From: Paramecium tetraurelia
Lineage: Eukaryota
Direction: 5' to 3'
DNA: 64,000 nt
NCBI GenBank assembly: GCA_000165425.1
Contig: CT868252.1
Span: 124,001 to 188,000, forward strand
Made by a program: the position numbers and the translations under genes. Below, in pieces: positions 41,410-56,076 of the stretch (position 1 is the first letter of the stretch; each line of letters starts with the position of its first letter). Under the pieces are notes generated by a model. The model was not told the DNA's origin. It saw only the letters and a program-made list of their open reading frames with translations, and made no database searches.

Positions 41410-41915
41410 TCAATTTCGGAGATCCAAAATTTCCAACTCAAACTTACTCACAGCCATCTGCACTATATTAAATGTTGCCGAGCAGAGAATGATTAAAATC
41501 GTTCCAAAATGAACTCTATTTACCCATTTGAACATTGTTACTTCTTACCGATCATTTTCATCATCCTGCAAATAATCTGACACGGACATAAAACATAGTC
41601 CAGAAATTATTATTAAACTTAGTGTCATCCAAATTAATTCAATCTTCTCAATTTAATCACAAAATTGCCAAGTTGAAAAAATTACGCAACTTAAATAACC
41701 TTTAGGTTTATTTTATAATACTCTTTTATTGCAAATAAATATTCATATTTGCAATAAGGATATTTTATTATTTAATTGTTTTGATTGTACTACTTGGTCG
41801 TCCATTCATTCAAGCATTTATTATGAATATATGACAATGAGCCTTTCCATTACATGGTTTAAATCGCTTGTGATTGTTATTTTAGTAGCAGACCCAACAT
41901 ATATGTTTTTATTTT
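41410..41915 (-). pseudogene. RING-CH (MARCH-like) + two-transmembrane gene, apparently inactivated
   Basis: ICWVC..KPCNG..HIHNKCLNEW..KYPYCKYEY, then two hydrophobic helices and a TGA. There is no in-frame ATG, and two Zn ligands are replaced (G, Y). Confidence 0.6.
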
Positions 41916-41918
41916 TTT

Positions 41919-44539
41919 TCATTTTAATAATTTCAATAAACAATTATAATGCACTTTTGTAAACTACGATTCTTTCATGAATAAATAGACTAATTTCTTT
42001 CTACATTAATATCTTCCATTTGATTCAACATTAGGTTGCTCTAGTTTTAATCTTTTCTCCCTCTGAAAATAATAGAGCAATTCATAAAGTTGATTTGGAT
42101 CTCTCATATTTTGTTCCAAATAAATCAAAGCATTCTATCTATGATGATACAAAATCTAATATAATCCTCTTTGATACTTAGGTACACAATTAAAATTTCA
42201 GACTTCTATTCTACTTATGAATTGCCAGACTTCCCAAATAACACTCTCCTAAATATTCTAAATACTTTGAAACTTCTTAAATTTTGATATGTTAAGTTAT
42301 CTTAATCAAAATTTCAATAAAATCACAGTTATCTACTAAGTGAGTATTGAAGAACTTCAAAAATTTACTTTGATTATTTTTCAGAGATTATGCTCTATTT
42401 ATTGTTTTATAATTACCCTAATCCATTCATCATCAAAAATCGATCAACTGCCATCAACATGAGTTATTTGTATTATTTTAATACGCCTTGTTCACTCTTC
42501 CAATTCAATCTTAAATACGTCTTTAATCTCTCTAGAATTTGAGTGAATTGATTTATTTTTTAGTTTTTTTTGATTTCAAATGTAGAAAAGAAGTGAATAG
42601 CTGCAACTATCATTTGCTAAAATATAGAATCTTCAATATTCAACTCATTGAACATAACTCCAACTTCTTCTAAGGCCGACAATTGCAATTGCGTTAATTC
42701 TTAATGTACTACATGAGGCTTCTTCATTACCAATAATGAATTGAAAATTGAGAATATAAAGGCTTAGAATGCTTATTTTGAATATGAACTTAAGATCATA
42801 ACTATGTAATGAGAAAATCTTACTTAAACCAAAGTACTGTTGGTAATCGAATGGAAATAAGGTATTGTTTAAGAATTGTTGAGTCAGATCTTTAAAGAGG
42901 ACTTTGACATATTAGGAAAATTTAGTAATGAATGGGAATTAGAAATGATAGTTAATATTGAGCATTTGTTTGACATCTTAATAGATGTTTTTAATTTAGG
43001 TTTAAGCAAAAGGGTACTTTAATTGTTTTAACTGTTTGTTGATTTGGAAGGTAAAGTATTAATTAGTTCCTTGTCTGGGTTTTGATAATTTTGTAATTTC
43101 TTAATATTTATAGCTAAATATGAGATATAAGATGGATACATTTTATCTTCTAATTTCAGCAAGAACAATCTCTTGAAAAATCTGGAATCACAAGATATTT
43201 GTGTTTTACTGAAGTAATTACTAGTTAAATCATAGGAGTTTAAATATAAAAGTAAATGCAATTAACAATAAATATAAGTGTTGTAATCTCCAACGTCTTA
43301 TTGCATTTGAATAGATTCGATTAGCAATTGATCTATTTGATTAATGTTTTTCTTTTTCCTAGGTAATAATGATTGAGAACTATACAATTTATTTGATTAG
43401 AAGATGTAACCTGGGTCGACTATTTTAGATTGTCTTTATGCTAGGTTGGCAATTGTAAAATTTAAGTATTTATCATCAATTTGAATATGATTTTGGATGA
43501 AATTTTGGACACACATCCAATTTCCTGGATTCCTGTTGAGCATCCCTAATAAAAAGTTTGTGGGGAGATAATCTATTAGAAATCTTGGTTTTTCAAATAA
43601 ATATGGCTAATGGATATTTCGAAATGAGTACCAAATCTTTGACATCCTGGAAGAATAGATAATTAAATTCTTTGATGATGTTGAAGATAGTTTTGAGATG
43701 GGTTTGGCTCAAGGGACTGCAGAGAAATGCTTAAAAGTAGACTGCCATTTTATTTTTGATACAAATTTCACATAGTAGCATGAAGCAACTTTTGAATATA
43801 TAATGATAATATTTATGAACATCTAAAATAAAAATAGAATAGTACACGTTGTTTTTGCAATAGTTAGGATATTTTTAAAAACTTAGTGAATACTTTATTC
43901 ATCTATTAGATTATACAAGACTTTCATGTCTGTCTTCTAGAGTACTTAGTGTTTCATTAAAGTCAATACAATTTTGAGTATGAGTATACAAATTAAGCTC
44001 TAGAGTTGTAATTGTTGACTCAGGATGTCCTGGATTGAAGTTAAGAATTGAAATATTTTTTTGGTTTCTTCTTTAGTTTTGGTGGAAATCATCTTTAACA
44101 CTCTTTCCATGAACACCAATACTTTGGATAAGTTGAGTTGGGTTTCTGCATGTTGGATTTCCAATTTTTGAAAGCAAAAGAGTTTGATTTCTTCATTGTC
44201 TTGATTTTCTTTTGACTTTTTATCTATTTAGCATGGACCTTTGATTGCTTCAGCCAATACAAGATTTATATTGATGTCTTTGGCTTATAAAAGCAATAGG
44301 CCATCAACAATAGTATTAAAATAAAGAGTTTTAGAATTGGAAGCCAGCTTAAACAGATTGAGCAATTCATTCACGATATTTTTTTTATCAATAAGTTTTT
44401 CCTTTTTAATGAGGGATGTAAATTTTTTCAAGAAATCCTTATCCTACTTGTGTCTATTGCTAGTGACTTCAAAAAGAGACCGCAAATCACTAATAAATTA
44501 TTCATTAGTTTTATTATCAGTTTACTTCTATTTACTCAT
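41919..44539 (-). CDS. Large helical (ARM/HEAT-like) protein, unknown function
   Basis: Starts MSKQKQTDNK; long L/I/F/Q-rich code-6 frame ending HYNCLLKLLK*. No family motif recognised. Confidence 0.7.
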
Positions 44540-44667
44540 AAATATATTTAATAAAAATAATAATATAAAAAATATTAAGAAATAATATAATGTGTAATAT
44601 TTTCATATCTTAAATTTACGTGTTAAATGGATGATTGAATAAATATAAAATCATTAATAAATTAGAT

Positions 44668-46724
44668 ATGTAAGCAAAACGAGAATATCTTTGTCCAATT
44701 TCAGAACCAAAACCCAATGAAACTCCAATATACAGACATCCAATGGCAAAAGTAAACATTAGACATAGGTTTAGGATGGATTTTTACCCCCCTTAGACAA
44801 TAGAAAGGTGAATATGCAACAACAATTTCTAGTCCAATTTGAAAAGCTATCTGAGAAGAAAACATTGGGAACTTTCAATGAAGAAACCCAACGATACGAT
44901 CACATTTCATACAAAGTATTTTAAGTATCTATGCATTAGGAATTGTAAGAAATTGCAACTTCTCTTGGTTCTTCCCTTTGTTTATAGGATTCAATTAAAG
45001 AGGTCAAAGATTAGTAAAACAATGTAATTAAGCCTGTGGGAATTTATTTATCCAATAGAAGGGAGTGGACACTAATAGATGTGGCCTGTATCTTATATGG
45101 ATTTACATCTTGTCCATTTTATGATACTCTAGGAGTTGAAAGTATCACATATTCTATGAATATCACTCAAGTGAGGTAATAATATATTATTTTTATTTAG
45201 TGTGTGTTTTGTATAAGCAAGCACAATAGGATTTTTGGCCAAATCGAATTTACCTTACTTAAAAACCATAGTAACAATTGGAGCCCAAGATCCAGCCATC
45301 CTAAACACTTTGGCATAGTAAAAGAAAGAAGTGATCACCTGGGAAGACTACATTAAAAAGTCAGATGGAAAGGTCTAACCTTTTCCAAACTTGGACGCAT
45401 AACACCCCTTAACCTTAGTTTTCACAAGTGGCACAACTGGGGAACCAAAGGCAGCTATTTAGACTCATCTTAATTTTACTTCAATGCTTGCTCTCTTTGA
45501 ACATTAAGATAATTTCAATTTTACACAAGATGATGTGTATTTGTCATATCTACCATTACCCCATACGTTTGAGAGGGTGGTTCATTTGGCAGCTTTATCA
45601 GGAGGAGCCGAAATCAATTACTTTAGTGGAAACATACAAAATATAGCTAGAGACATTCAAAGATGCAAACCAACCTACTTTTGTGGAGTCCCCAGAATTT
45701 TCAACAGATTTTATGAAGGAATTCAGGCTTAATTGAATTCTTTGCCTCCTGAAATCTAATAAAAATTTGAACTTGCTCTTGGTGCCAAAACAAAGTATTA
45801 TAGAGCCACAGGTAAAACAACTCATGATCAATTGGATGAGGCCTTTGTTAAGACCAGAGCTATACTTGGTGGTAGACAGAGAATTATGATCACTGGTGCT
45901 GCCCCAATTTCACCAAAGATTTTGGAGTACTTAAAAGTTTGTTTCTGTTGTTAAATCATTGAAGGCTATGGATAGACAGAAACTACTGCTGCCTCATTCT
46001 TAACTGATTATAATGATTCTGTATGTGGTCATATTGGTGGGCCAACCATTTCTTAGGAATTCAAATTAGTCAGTGTTCCAGAGATGGATTATTTAACTGA
46101 TTAGATTGTTGATGGACAAAAGAAAATAAGAGGCGAAGTTTGTTTGAGAGGACCAAGTGTTATTAAGAGTTATTTCAATAATGTTTAATCAACTAAAGAA
46201 ACTATTGATGAAGAAGGTTGGGTGCACACTGGTGACATTGGAGAAATCATTGATGGAGCACTTAAATTGATCGATAGAAAAAAGAATCTGTTCAAGTTAT
46301 CACAAGGAGAATATGTTTCACCAGAGAAAATTGAAAATTGCTATTTGAGAGTTAAAGGAATCTCTGAAATCGTCGTTTTTGGTGACTCTCTCTCCAATTA
46401 TACAGTTGGAGTTATTGTACCTGAATAGACATTTTTGAAACAATGGGCAACTGAATTGAATGTCTAAGGAGATCATGCATAATTGTGTTAAGATAAAGCT
46501 GTTAGAGCTCATGTCTTAAAATTAGTTAATGAATAAGTATTTATCATTTTAATCTCTAGGGAAAACAAGATAATCTAAATGGATTTGAGCAAATCAAGAA
46601 TGTTTATTTAGAGCCAAAACCTTTTATGTTAGTTGGAATATTGACTGAAACGATGAAAATGCAAAGACATAAAGCCAGATAACACTATCAAGACATCATT
46701 AAATTCCTTTATTAAGAAATATGA
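44668..46724 (+). CDS. Long-chain-fatty-acid-CoA ligase (ACSL-type)
   Basis: VFTSGTTGEPKA, YLSYLPLPHTFER, EGYGQTET, GWVHTGDIG, IDRKKNLFKLSQGEYVSPEKIEN. Four introns. Confidence 0.95.
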
Positions 46725-46786
46725 TCTAATTTATGCTTTATTAATAAATCGGAATTTAATTTCTATGAGATATTATTTATTAAATT

Positions 46787-49700
46787 TCAATCTTTGTTGA
46801 GAATTTTGAGTTCCATTTTTCTATAAGTTGTGTTTATTAACGAAATTTCTACTGGTATACCTATATTTAATTACGATTCTAAGAACTAGGGCTTCCAGGT
46901 TTTTTATAATAGCTTATACATATAACAAATAGTCTCTGCCTCAAATTAACAGTTCTTTGGATTTTAAACAAAAGTATCAATTGCTGCAAAAATACTCTTT
47001 ATAAATTTATTATACTATTAGTTTAAAGAGAATTTATACTTTGTTTGCTTTAATAAATGACATTTTCATCACAATCTTTTCTCTCATCCATGAAGTATTG
47101 ATCTTCTCCCTAATTGTAAAATAAGTCTCTCTATCTAATAACTTAATTTGATCATCCTCCTAAAATATCTTTAATTCATCACAAACCAATGTAAATCTTT
47201 ATTTTGACATCATCTTTCCACCATCCCCACAGTAATCTGCTTCTTAGTAGAATAATCTGATGGAAAATGAATAGTTGATGCAACATAATACTTCATACAA
47301 AAAATTCCATTAATTAAAGTCAATACTACCTTTATTCATTAGATCTACAGAGGTGTACAGATGCTTATACTTGACTGAAGTACGATTTTTGTGTTTTTAA
47401 AATATCTCCAAAAACTAGTACATCAAGATGTCATAATCACATGGTCCTTACTGACTCTACATATAAGCAACTTCTGAAGTTGAAATATCATATATAATAT
47501 TATCAATTTCACTTTAAGAGTATTTATTATCTGAAAACCATTTAAGTAGTGTATCAATGAATTTTGAGTACGAAACATTAGGATATTCTTATAATGATTA
47601 AACTATTTAGAGATATAAATTGAGATCTTAGATATCATATTCTGCTTTTAAAAATTTAACGACTAATTAGCAAGTACTACTTTTGGTTTCAAAAAATAGG
47701 AAGCTTCGAATAGTTCTTTTGTATCTATTTGCATCACTAAATTATGACTAACCATAATGTGCAACGATGTTCTCATACATATGAACATGAAGAGGAGTAT
47801 TTTAAATAGTATTAGGAATTTTCATAATTAATTCATTATAATTTTAGAGGATAGTACTTAACTAGTATAATCCAGTTCTATAATTAATATTGAATTTAGA
47901 TAACACTAGATATTAAAATAATAATATTACTTTATTTTAATAAATTCGTAGCATACGAGGCAGATTTTACTGGACAAGTGGATATTCTTAATTTCTTCTC
48001 TATTGTTAATTTAGGCTTGCTTTGCTTAAAATCCAATTTAATTTAACTAAAAGAAACATCACTTTCATCTCCAGAACCTTCTTTGGAAGAATCGCTTTTG
48101 TAAACGTCATCATCTTCTTTGCTCGAGATTTCAATCTGGCTTGGGATTTTCTGAATTTTCATCAGAGGCTTAGAAATATTGATATTTGTTAAGGTTTTAA
48201 TAGGAGATTTAGTTGGAGAGTCTAGATCTTTAATAGATAATTATGATTATTGTTTGGGATCCATATTAGTACCTTATCTTCGTTTAAATTCCTTAAATTC
48301 AACATTTTCCAACACTCCATACCCATTGGCTTACTCTTTAATCTGATTAATTAAAAATTACGGGGCATACCTGATAACCTTAATTAAAGATTCTTCATAA
48401 AATTTAGACTAATAATATTATATAATTTTACAATTGTTTCTTTTTCCTTAGCTCTATTATGGTATTTTTTGAACAATGCAACATTTTCATTAAATTTATT
48501 TTCAATTTCTTTCATTTCAAGTTCCATTTCTTCTTTATCTATCTTAGCATCCATAACAACTGAGATCTATGTTTATAACACATTCCAACATTACTAAATA
48601 TAACATTAATTTATTTACATTAAAATAAAAATTGAAATTGCCATAATTTTAAAGTAAATATTATTTGATTGCAAAAATGTCTTCGCTTGAATTATCCCCT
48701 CTCAAATTCAATATCAGTCATACTGAAGTCCTCTAATTCTATCCTTCAATTAGGTAATTTGATCAGCCATAATAACAGTAAATTAAGGATCATTGCTACT
48801 TAACTCTTACTCAGGGAAATACAGAGCACTATACTCTTAAATAATCTCAGATAAAGGGAATCTTGCCCTCCTGAATAGTTTTGATTCTGTTTAATTTCTA
48901 GGCACTCTCTCTTTTCTTAGTTATGTTGAATTGACTTGTGATTCTTGATTTCCTTGACATGGCTAAACCTATACTTCTTCATCTATTTTCTTTGCTTATT
49001 TTGGAGTCTGAGTTGAGGTACTCACATAAGTAAAATACTCTGATGTGTCTTCACTCTACACTTTTGTTTTAATTAAATCGCTGGTGTCAACAGAGGATTC
49101 AGTAATAATCAAGTGAGTTGATCCATCATAATATTCATCCTATAAAGTAAGAATTCTAGAATATGGATACAATAATACTTATATTAATTTTCAATATCCT
49201 TTTTATGCACTTCAAATTTCTATTTGAAGAATTCAAACATATCCTTCTATTATAAAACGAGATCCATCTCTTCAGAAGTTTGAGCTTACTTATGAAATTT
49301 TTCTATTCCTTAATATTCAATTAATTGTAAATTCTATTCCCAGAATTCACTCATAATTTCATGCAATTGTTCTTCTCTTCTTTTATCTTTCTTTCTTAAA
49401 TACACATTTTCTTTCTTCATTTTTACAATTGAATTTTAAACTGCCAAAGCCTCTTCTTTCATCATCCTCATTGACTCTGCCTATTTTTCAATTGCTTCTT
49501 GATAATTCTTATGCAATTAATTTATGTCCTCTAAACATTTCTATTCTATTTATTGATTTCTTTGTTGCAATCCCAAAATGATTTTTTAGACTTCTTCTGT
49601 GAAGGCATCCCATAATTTCTTCAAAAATTATCCGAATTCAAATCCCACAATTGATATCTGTCTTTCTAACTCTAATACTGAACCTTGGAAAACTATTTCC

Positions 49701-50321
49701 AATTTGTTATAATATTCTTAATAATCTGTTAATTTTTATGAATGCACCTATTCGACCATCATGTCCAACCATTATGCCAATTAAACCATTTCTCTTCTTT
49801 AATTGATATTGTGGAGGTTGACATTTTGAGAATCATGATACAATAGTTTCTTCATTCTTTTAACTCCTCTATTACAACTTTCATCCAACATTGTCAATGG
49901 CTATAATAATCGAGGTTTCAATTTGTCTCTATTTAGAATTAAATATTATCACATCATTACTTGACTATGAGATCCTTAATGTGAATGGAGATGGATTGTT
50001 ACTACTAATTATTTAATTAATCTCGTATGCTTTCCATTCTATTTTATTCCAAATACCTATTATGAATGCTTTAAGTATATGGAAAGATCTTCTTTATATC
50101 TTACTCTGTCAGTAGATGCTAACTCATCGATCTAGAAACATGAGTCTTTTATTAATCCGATTATTTCATTATTTTATGTAATTACTATAATTATTGCATA
50201 ATCAATTCTCCGAACACCCTTGTTTACCTTAAATTGAAAAATTTCTACACTTTCCCCATTAACCCAATTTTAAGCCTCCTATAATTCTGAATTACAAAAA
50301 GGAAAGTAATTTTTCAGCCAT
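46787..50321 (-). CDS. Large coiled-coil protein with N-terminal AXDND1/axonemal dynein light chain-like segment and C-terminal EF-hand-like pair; start uncertain
   Basis: QRREMVQLAQWLDMM..ELERQISIVGFEFGQFLKKLWD resembles the Ax_dynein_light pattern. The frame continues across the intron near 47907-47930 into a domain containing DLMNKGSIDFNQW. Confidence 0.6.
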
Positions 50322-50415
50322 TTTTGCAGTCCAAATTCAACTCCTATTTAAAATATATTTTGACGTTTGAATGAGACTTCAGTTCTTATTAATATTTTTG
50401 AAATATACGCAAAAT

Positions 50416-51346
50416 ATGTAGGAAATCAATTTCTAAGATCTCTGGAAGGATTTCATCCATGTAATGGGTGCTGCCACTGACATGTAGGCAGTCTTAGACG
50501 CAGTTGGCAAAGAGCATCCACTTTGGTTATAGTCTAGAAGCAGATTGAGCATTAGACTGAATCGATCAAATAATTTGCACATGTAGAACGAAGATCCATC
50601 TTTAATTCAAGACATCAAATATCGTTATTATGAAGTTGTTACTATGCAACAATTTGGTGAAATTGTCTTGGGATATTTAAAATTCTATGAAAGCAATTTA
50701 TAAAGAATACCTATTAGACTTCCTGAAGGGGATGTAGGGGAATGGTAGGATTTTGATGAAAATGAAGCTGTATATCAGACACAATCCATGATCAAATTGT
50801 TAATGAAGTAGTTTTTTTATTAAGAGATTTTTTTAGAAAACGATATTCTTTCAGAAGATTGTGGATCGAATAATTACAGAAGGGCAGTCCTATTACTACT
50901 ATTTCTACAGATAGGCAATAGGCCCGGTCTGTTCAAAGCATATACATTCCTTTACAGAAACCTGATGGATTATTTGGTTCATTCGATTCTCCATTAGTAT
51001 TAATTAATATAATATATTCGATAAGTCCATGTCCAATCATGTCAACGAAAATTTGATTACTAGCAAAAAAAGTGTGCAAAACTCTATTGGAGATTCAGAG
51101 TAAAACCCAGGAGCAAAACGTCTTTCTTAGAATACTCCAAAAAATAGATTATCCAAATTAAGAAAATAGTCCTTAGATGTTAGTATTGACAGTCTAAGAG
51201 AAAGTCATATTTCCTAATAAAGAAATATGAGCAAAGCCAAATCCAATCTCAAAACTAGATAACATGAATTGAACAAAGAACATATGGAAAAAAGCATGAT
51301 AGAAAAAAATAGAAATTGTTGTGGCACTGGATGTTGTCAATTTTGA
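50416..51346 (+). CDS. Hypothetical protein with Cys-rich lipidation-type C-terminus
   Basis: Starts MQEINFQDLW; two introns; ends RNCCGTGCCQF*. Confidence 0.7.
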
Positions 51347-51366
51347 TTTATTACACATACTTTATT

Positions 51367-51386
51367 TATATATATATATATATATA
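51367..51386. repeat. (TA)n microsatellite, about 10 units
   Basis: Uninterrupted TA run in the 45-nt spacer between two tandem genes. Confidence 0.8.
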
Positions 51387-51391
51387 ATTTA

Positions 51392-52393
51392 ATGGAAATT
51401 CAATTATTAAAAAGATTGAAGTCTGATATACAATTGCAACTAAAGTGGCTAACTTAAACTAGATTTAATGTAATATAGACATTAACATTTATAAGGCCAT
51501 AATAATTATGAAGTCTTAATGCAAATACTTGTAAGCCAGCGTTCGCGCCCTTGAAATGTTATATTCAAATTCAATATCAACACCTTATTTTTATTAAAAA
51601 TTATAAGAATATGAAACATTAACTTTTAATTTTGAATTTAAAAGAGATAGAATATTGAAAGCTAAATAAGCTTTGCTTGGTGCTATGTTGAAAACAGAAG
51701 AAAAGATAGATGATCCCAAAACAGCGGTGTAATTTATTACTTTAGTTGAAAATTTGGTTGCCTTTGCTGAAACTCATTATATTTCGATAAAAGAGTTTTC
51801 CAGAGTGATGCATTAATAATTAAATGAAAAACTAGAAGTGAAAATAGAGATCAATAAAATAAATGAACATCTAGTGACATTGAATAAACTTTAATTGTAG
51901 AATAGACAAATGCTTCTAAAACTTCCCTTAGATCAGATGAAATAAGAAGAAGAGGATACAAATCATAAAGATGAAGAAGAAGAATCGGAAGAAATATAGG
52001 AATCTACCAATTAATAAGTGGAAGATGTTTAATAAATTGAATAAATAATATAAAATCAAACCCCTCAATAGATTGAAATAGAATAAAAAGATGAAAATAT
52101 AAAGAGCCCTATCAAAATTGAGGATATGTAAGAATCAGAAAATTAGGTTGATGATCAAATTCAGAAGGAGTAACTAATTTAGTAAACTTAAAAAATTAAA
52201 CCTGACATATCGGTAATAAAAGTAACAGAGAAAATGGCAGTAAATTAGTTTTAAATTTAAGAAACTATAAGCAATGGTATATGAGAGCCTGTATGGAAAA
52301 AAATAGATTGAAGAGTAACAGGATGAAAAGCAAATCATAATTTTGGATCGTCCTATAAGAAATGTTCGTCCTGCCACTCGAAAATAGCTATGA
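51392..52393 (+). CDS. Hypothetical helical protein with acidic/Q-rich C-terminal half
   Basis: Starts MEIQLLKRLK; one intron; ends RPIRNVRPATRKQL*. Confidence 0.65.
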
Positions 52394-52677
52394 AATATAT
52401 TTATAGTTAGAACTATAAATGTATTAATTGTTTTTTCTTTTTTATATTTCAGTTTGATATATTAATTAATTAACGAAATTAATATCCTAAGAAATGTTAC
52501 ATATAATTGCAAGAATTGATTGTTATAACATATTAATAATTTTTAAGTCCAAAATTGATATGACACATTCAATCTATAAAAGCATATGATATTTTGGATA
52601 ATTAATCAGTTTTCAGATGTATATTTTTTTCATGAGAATAAATATCAATGTGTTTAATAAAAAAATAAAATATATTC

Positions 52678-55600
52678 TCATATTATTCCAAATTAAGATA
52701 AAAATTAAGGCATATTCTTTTTAAACTATTCTTCGTTCTATTATTTAATTCTAAGTTCCAGGTCCTTTGTTAAAACATTTATCAGTGCCTGACCTAATTA
52801 CTATTCTGATTTAACAAATTATCTACTCAATACATTAACGAAATTTTGATAATATGTACATATGATGGCAAAGAGTTATCTATTGATTTTATTGAATGTT
52901 TATTGAGAACATTTGCCTTAGATTAAACAGACAATTAAATCATTCAAGATACTATCAATGATAGAATCAAGAGGCAAAACAAATGACTGAATCACTCCTA
53001 ATTGGGTTAATTACTGTTCCTCTGAAACAAATTCTAAAGTTGAAATTACAATGTCTGTAGTTTGATCTAATGAAATTTTGTCTGTTGGTTATAGGTATGA
53101 GGAAGTGGTTTAAGTCTTGTATTCTTAAGACAATTGCTGCAATAGATGCTTCTATAGATTTTCGACTATGCTCAGCAATGTCGACAAAGATTGAGGGTTT
53201 AATTCAAACAATTACAATTATTGCGAACTGATAACTTGGAGAACTTGAATCATTTGCACACAGGATTTGTTGTACAGCTAAAAATAGTAAATAATCAATT
53301 ACGATTATGTAATTTGATATCTTATGAGTGATATCTAAAATAGCTATGAGTAGGTCTAAGTATTTACGATCTGCAAATAGCAATTAACAAGCTTGAGATA
53401 TATATTTGCCTTTAAGAATGTTATTCATAATTTTGTACACAAGACCAACCAATCTACAGATCTAAGCTGAGAATTCTTATTTGACTTTTTCATCCTGAAT
53501 AGCAACTATCAAATGTTGAACATAACTAGTCAGGATTCCTTAAAAGGTTCTGACCAATTCTATTTAGACTATTGATGAACTATGGTATTGAAATCTGAGA
53601 CTCTTATTTTCAGTTATGGCAACCATCAATTTCAAACATAATTTACAAAGTTGAAATTGCTGGGGATTATCAATCAAAATAAACCTAGTCAAATCAGCAA
53701 TCTTCATTAAATGTTATTTAATCAACAATCTGAAAATCTTGCTGACATCAACATGTTTGAAATACCCTAACATTTCGTATAAGTAGATTTAAATTGATTG
53801 AGATGTTGGTTGTATTGTTAAGAGTTAGTTCAATTATACGATTGACTCTATATAATTCTCATAGGCTGAATCAAACAGGAGTATGGAAATGATTTCTGCA
53901 GCCAATGTACGACAACTAAAAAACTACTCCTATTGCAAGGCTGAATTCTTGAGATTGAGCAATACGACCTTTATTTAAGTGACGACGCTTGAGGACTAGA
54001 ATGAATCATTATACAGATGGTGTTTCAATCTTACTATAGTCTCCTTCATTATGATCAAAGCATATTCAATTATTTCTTTATTTTGAATCTACAGTTGCAT
54101 AACAATGTATTATAGTAACTGATTAGTAGCCTATTGTGGTTGTGTTTAAATTGGTTTGATGCAAGTATCAAAGAAGATTTTGTTGGATCTCTGTCTTCCT
54201 ATTGATTCATCAGACTCACTCAATGCAAATTAAAACAGATTATCAGCCAAAGACATTGCTGACATAATCACCAAAGGAGGTAGATTGCTTTGAGGGATTG
54301 ATAAGAATTGCAAAGATTCCTTTATGACAGTCTGAACCACTTAAATGATGTCTTCATTGGATCTATCTAAGATCAATGGATTTATCACTATATAATTGAT
54401 TAAACTCAATTCGATTATGAATTTCTCCTAATCCTAAGCAGCATTTTTGAATGAATGATATATCATTTTTAAATGATTGCTCAAATCGATGGATAAAATT
54501 GGAAATAGATTTTCAAAGAATTCCTTGAGTGTATTTTTCAATTTCTTGTGGTTTTGAGGAGTGTAACCTTGAAAGAAGGAATTCTAGGAGTTTAACAATA
54601 GATGAATAATTGATTTTCCTATTTCAGTGATTGTTGAAGATATGGAAGTTTTAAATGTTGTGTCCAATTCAAAATCGGAAATGAATTTAAGTAACCTTTT
54701 CATCAATTCTATCATCTAATACATATGAGGATCTTTAATTTTCATTTATCTCTACAGAATCTGAATGCAAAATGTTTATAAACAATAGAGCCATTTTTAA
54801 CTGAATGCAAAATCAAAGCGAATTTGTTTGAGACCATAACAATTATTTAATTTAGTATTTAACTCCAATATATCACTTATAATCTCTTCATTTGTTGATT
54901 ACACAGTCTAAAATAAAAATGTGCAACCTGCATACATCTCTTTTGCAAATAATCTCTTCTTGTCTTTGTTTAAAAATATCCTTTTTTTAGATGATGCCAT
55001 TCTTTTTAATGATTTCAAAGCTAATAAGGCCAAAGAACTATTACTCTGACTGAAGACCTGTACAATATTGAATAATAGCTCTATTAATTGCTAATCTGTA
55101 AAATAATCAGCGAATTTATCTGGAAACTAAAAGTCATACATGTATTCTTACGCTAACATTATTTTAGTCATTTGGATCAAAATCAGATTCCAATTCAAAA
55201 TAACTCACATTAAAATTAAACATCAATATATCCTTTAATGTGCTCAGAGATTATTTATATAATTCAGGAGGACTGGTTTTCACTATTCTACAGACTATCT
55301 CAAAACAACTAAAGATCTCCTAATTCTAGAATCCAAACATTATCCTTCTATAAGAGACATAAGAATCATATGATGAATATTGTTGGATATTCTGAATCAC
55401 ATTTTATATCAATTTCAAACCAATAGTAAGAGTCTCAATATTATTTCCCTCAAAAAATACATTTAGCCGGTCTTAGAATTTCATAAATTGAGTTCCATTC
55501 AACATCATTATTTATTAAATTAGCAATCCCACAAGATTGCAAATTGAATTTTGCTAATGCATTGCCAATTCTTTCTACAAAGTCTAGCAGAATAATGTAA

Positions 55601-55959
55601 CCAAATTTTCATATATTCTACATTTTTGATACAAAATTTCCACTTCCTCACCTGTATAGCATTGACCCACAATAACTTGAACTTCTTTTGAGGAACGCTC
55701 AGCAACCTAAAATCCTTTGAATTATCTTTCCGATACTATAATTTTGGCAATGAACTCGGAAATGACAAATAATGTAGAGCCTGACTAAGTTTGGCTTATA
55801 ATTTAATACAATCCATCGATATTTCTGATATCCTCTATGAATTGATAAATGGTTTAATCTGCTAATTATTTTCTCTAAAGCAATAATAATGAACAGTACC
55901 TCAAAAGATTAAGAAAAGCAACAATCATGGCACAGAGCATCAAATTGCTATTAATTCAT
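52678..55959 (-). CDS. Exportin-7/RanBP17-like karyopherin (HEAT solenoid)
   Basis: MNQQQFDALC..ERKQLADQ, YRRIMFGFQNQEIF and LKSLKRMASSKKRIF..KKRLF..LNTKLNNCYGLKQI are collinear with remembered XPO7 motifs (LEALC, HRKIASSFRD, LVQIASVRRSLF, LKSNYQLGEL). Confidence 0.75.
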
Positions 55960-56076
55960 TTCTCTCACTTTAAAATATTTAATTAATTTAATTATTTTAT
56001 TACTAATCTATTAGATGTAAAAAGTTAATAAAAATAAGAGTCTTTTTTTTAATAACTGTTAAGATTGATATTCATA

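Noticed and set aside
41726..41757. 12-bp perfect inverted repeat TTATTGCAAATA / TATTTGCAATAA
   Set aside because: It is AT-rich, occurs once and lies inside coding-derived sequence, so it is plausible by chance. No element is associated with it.
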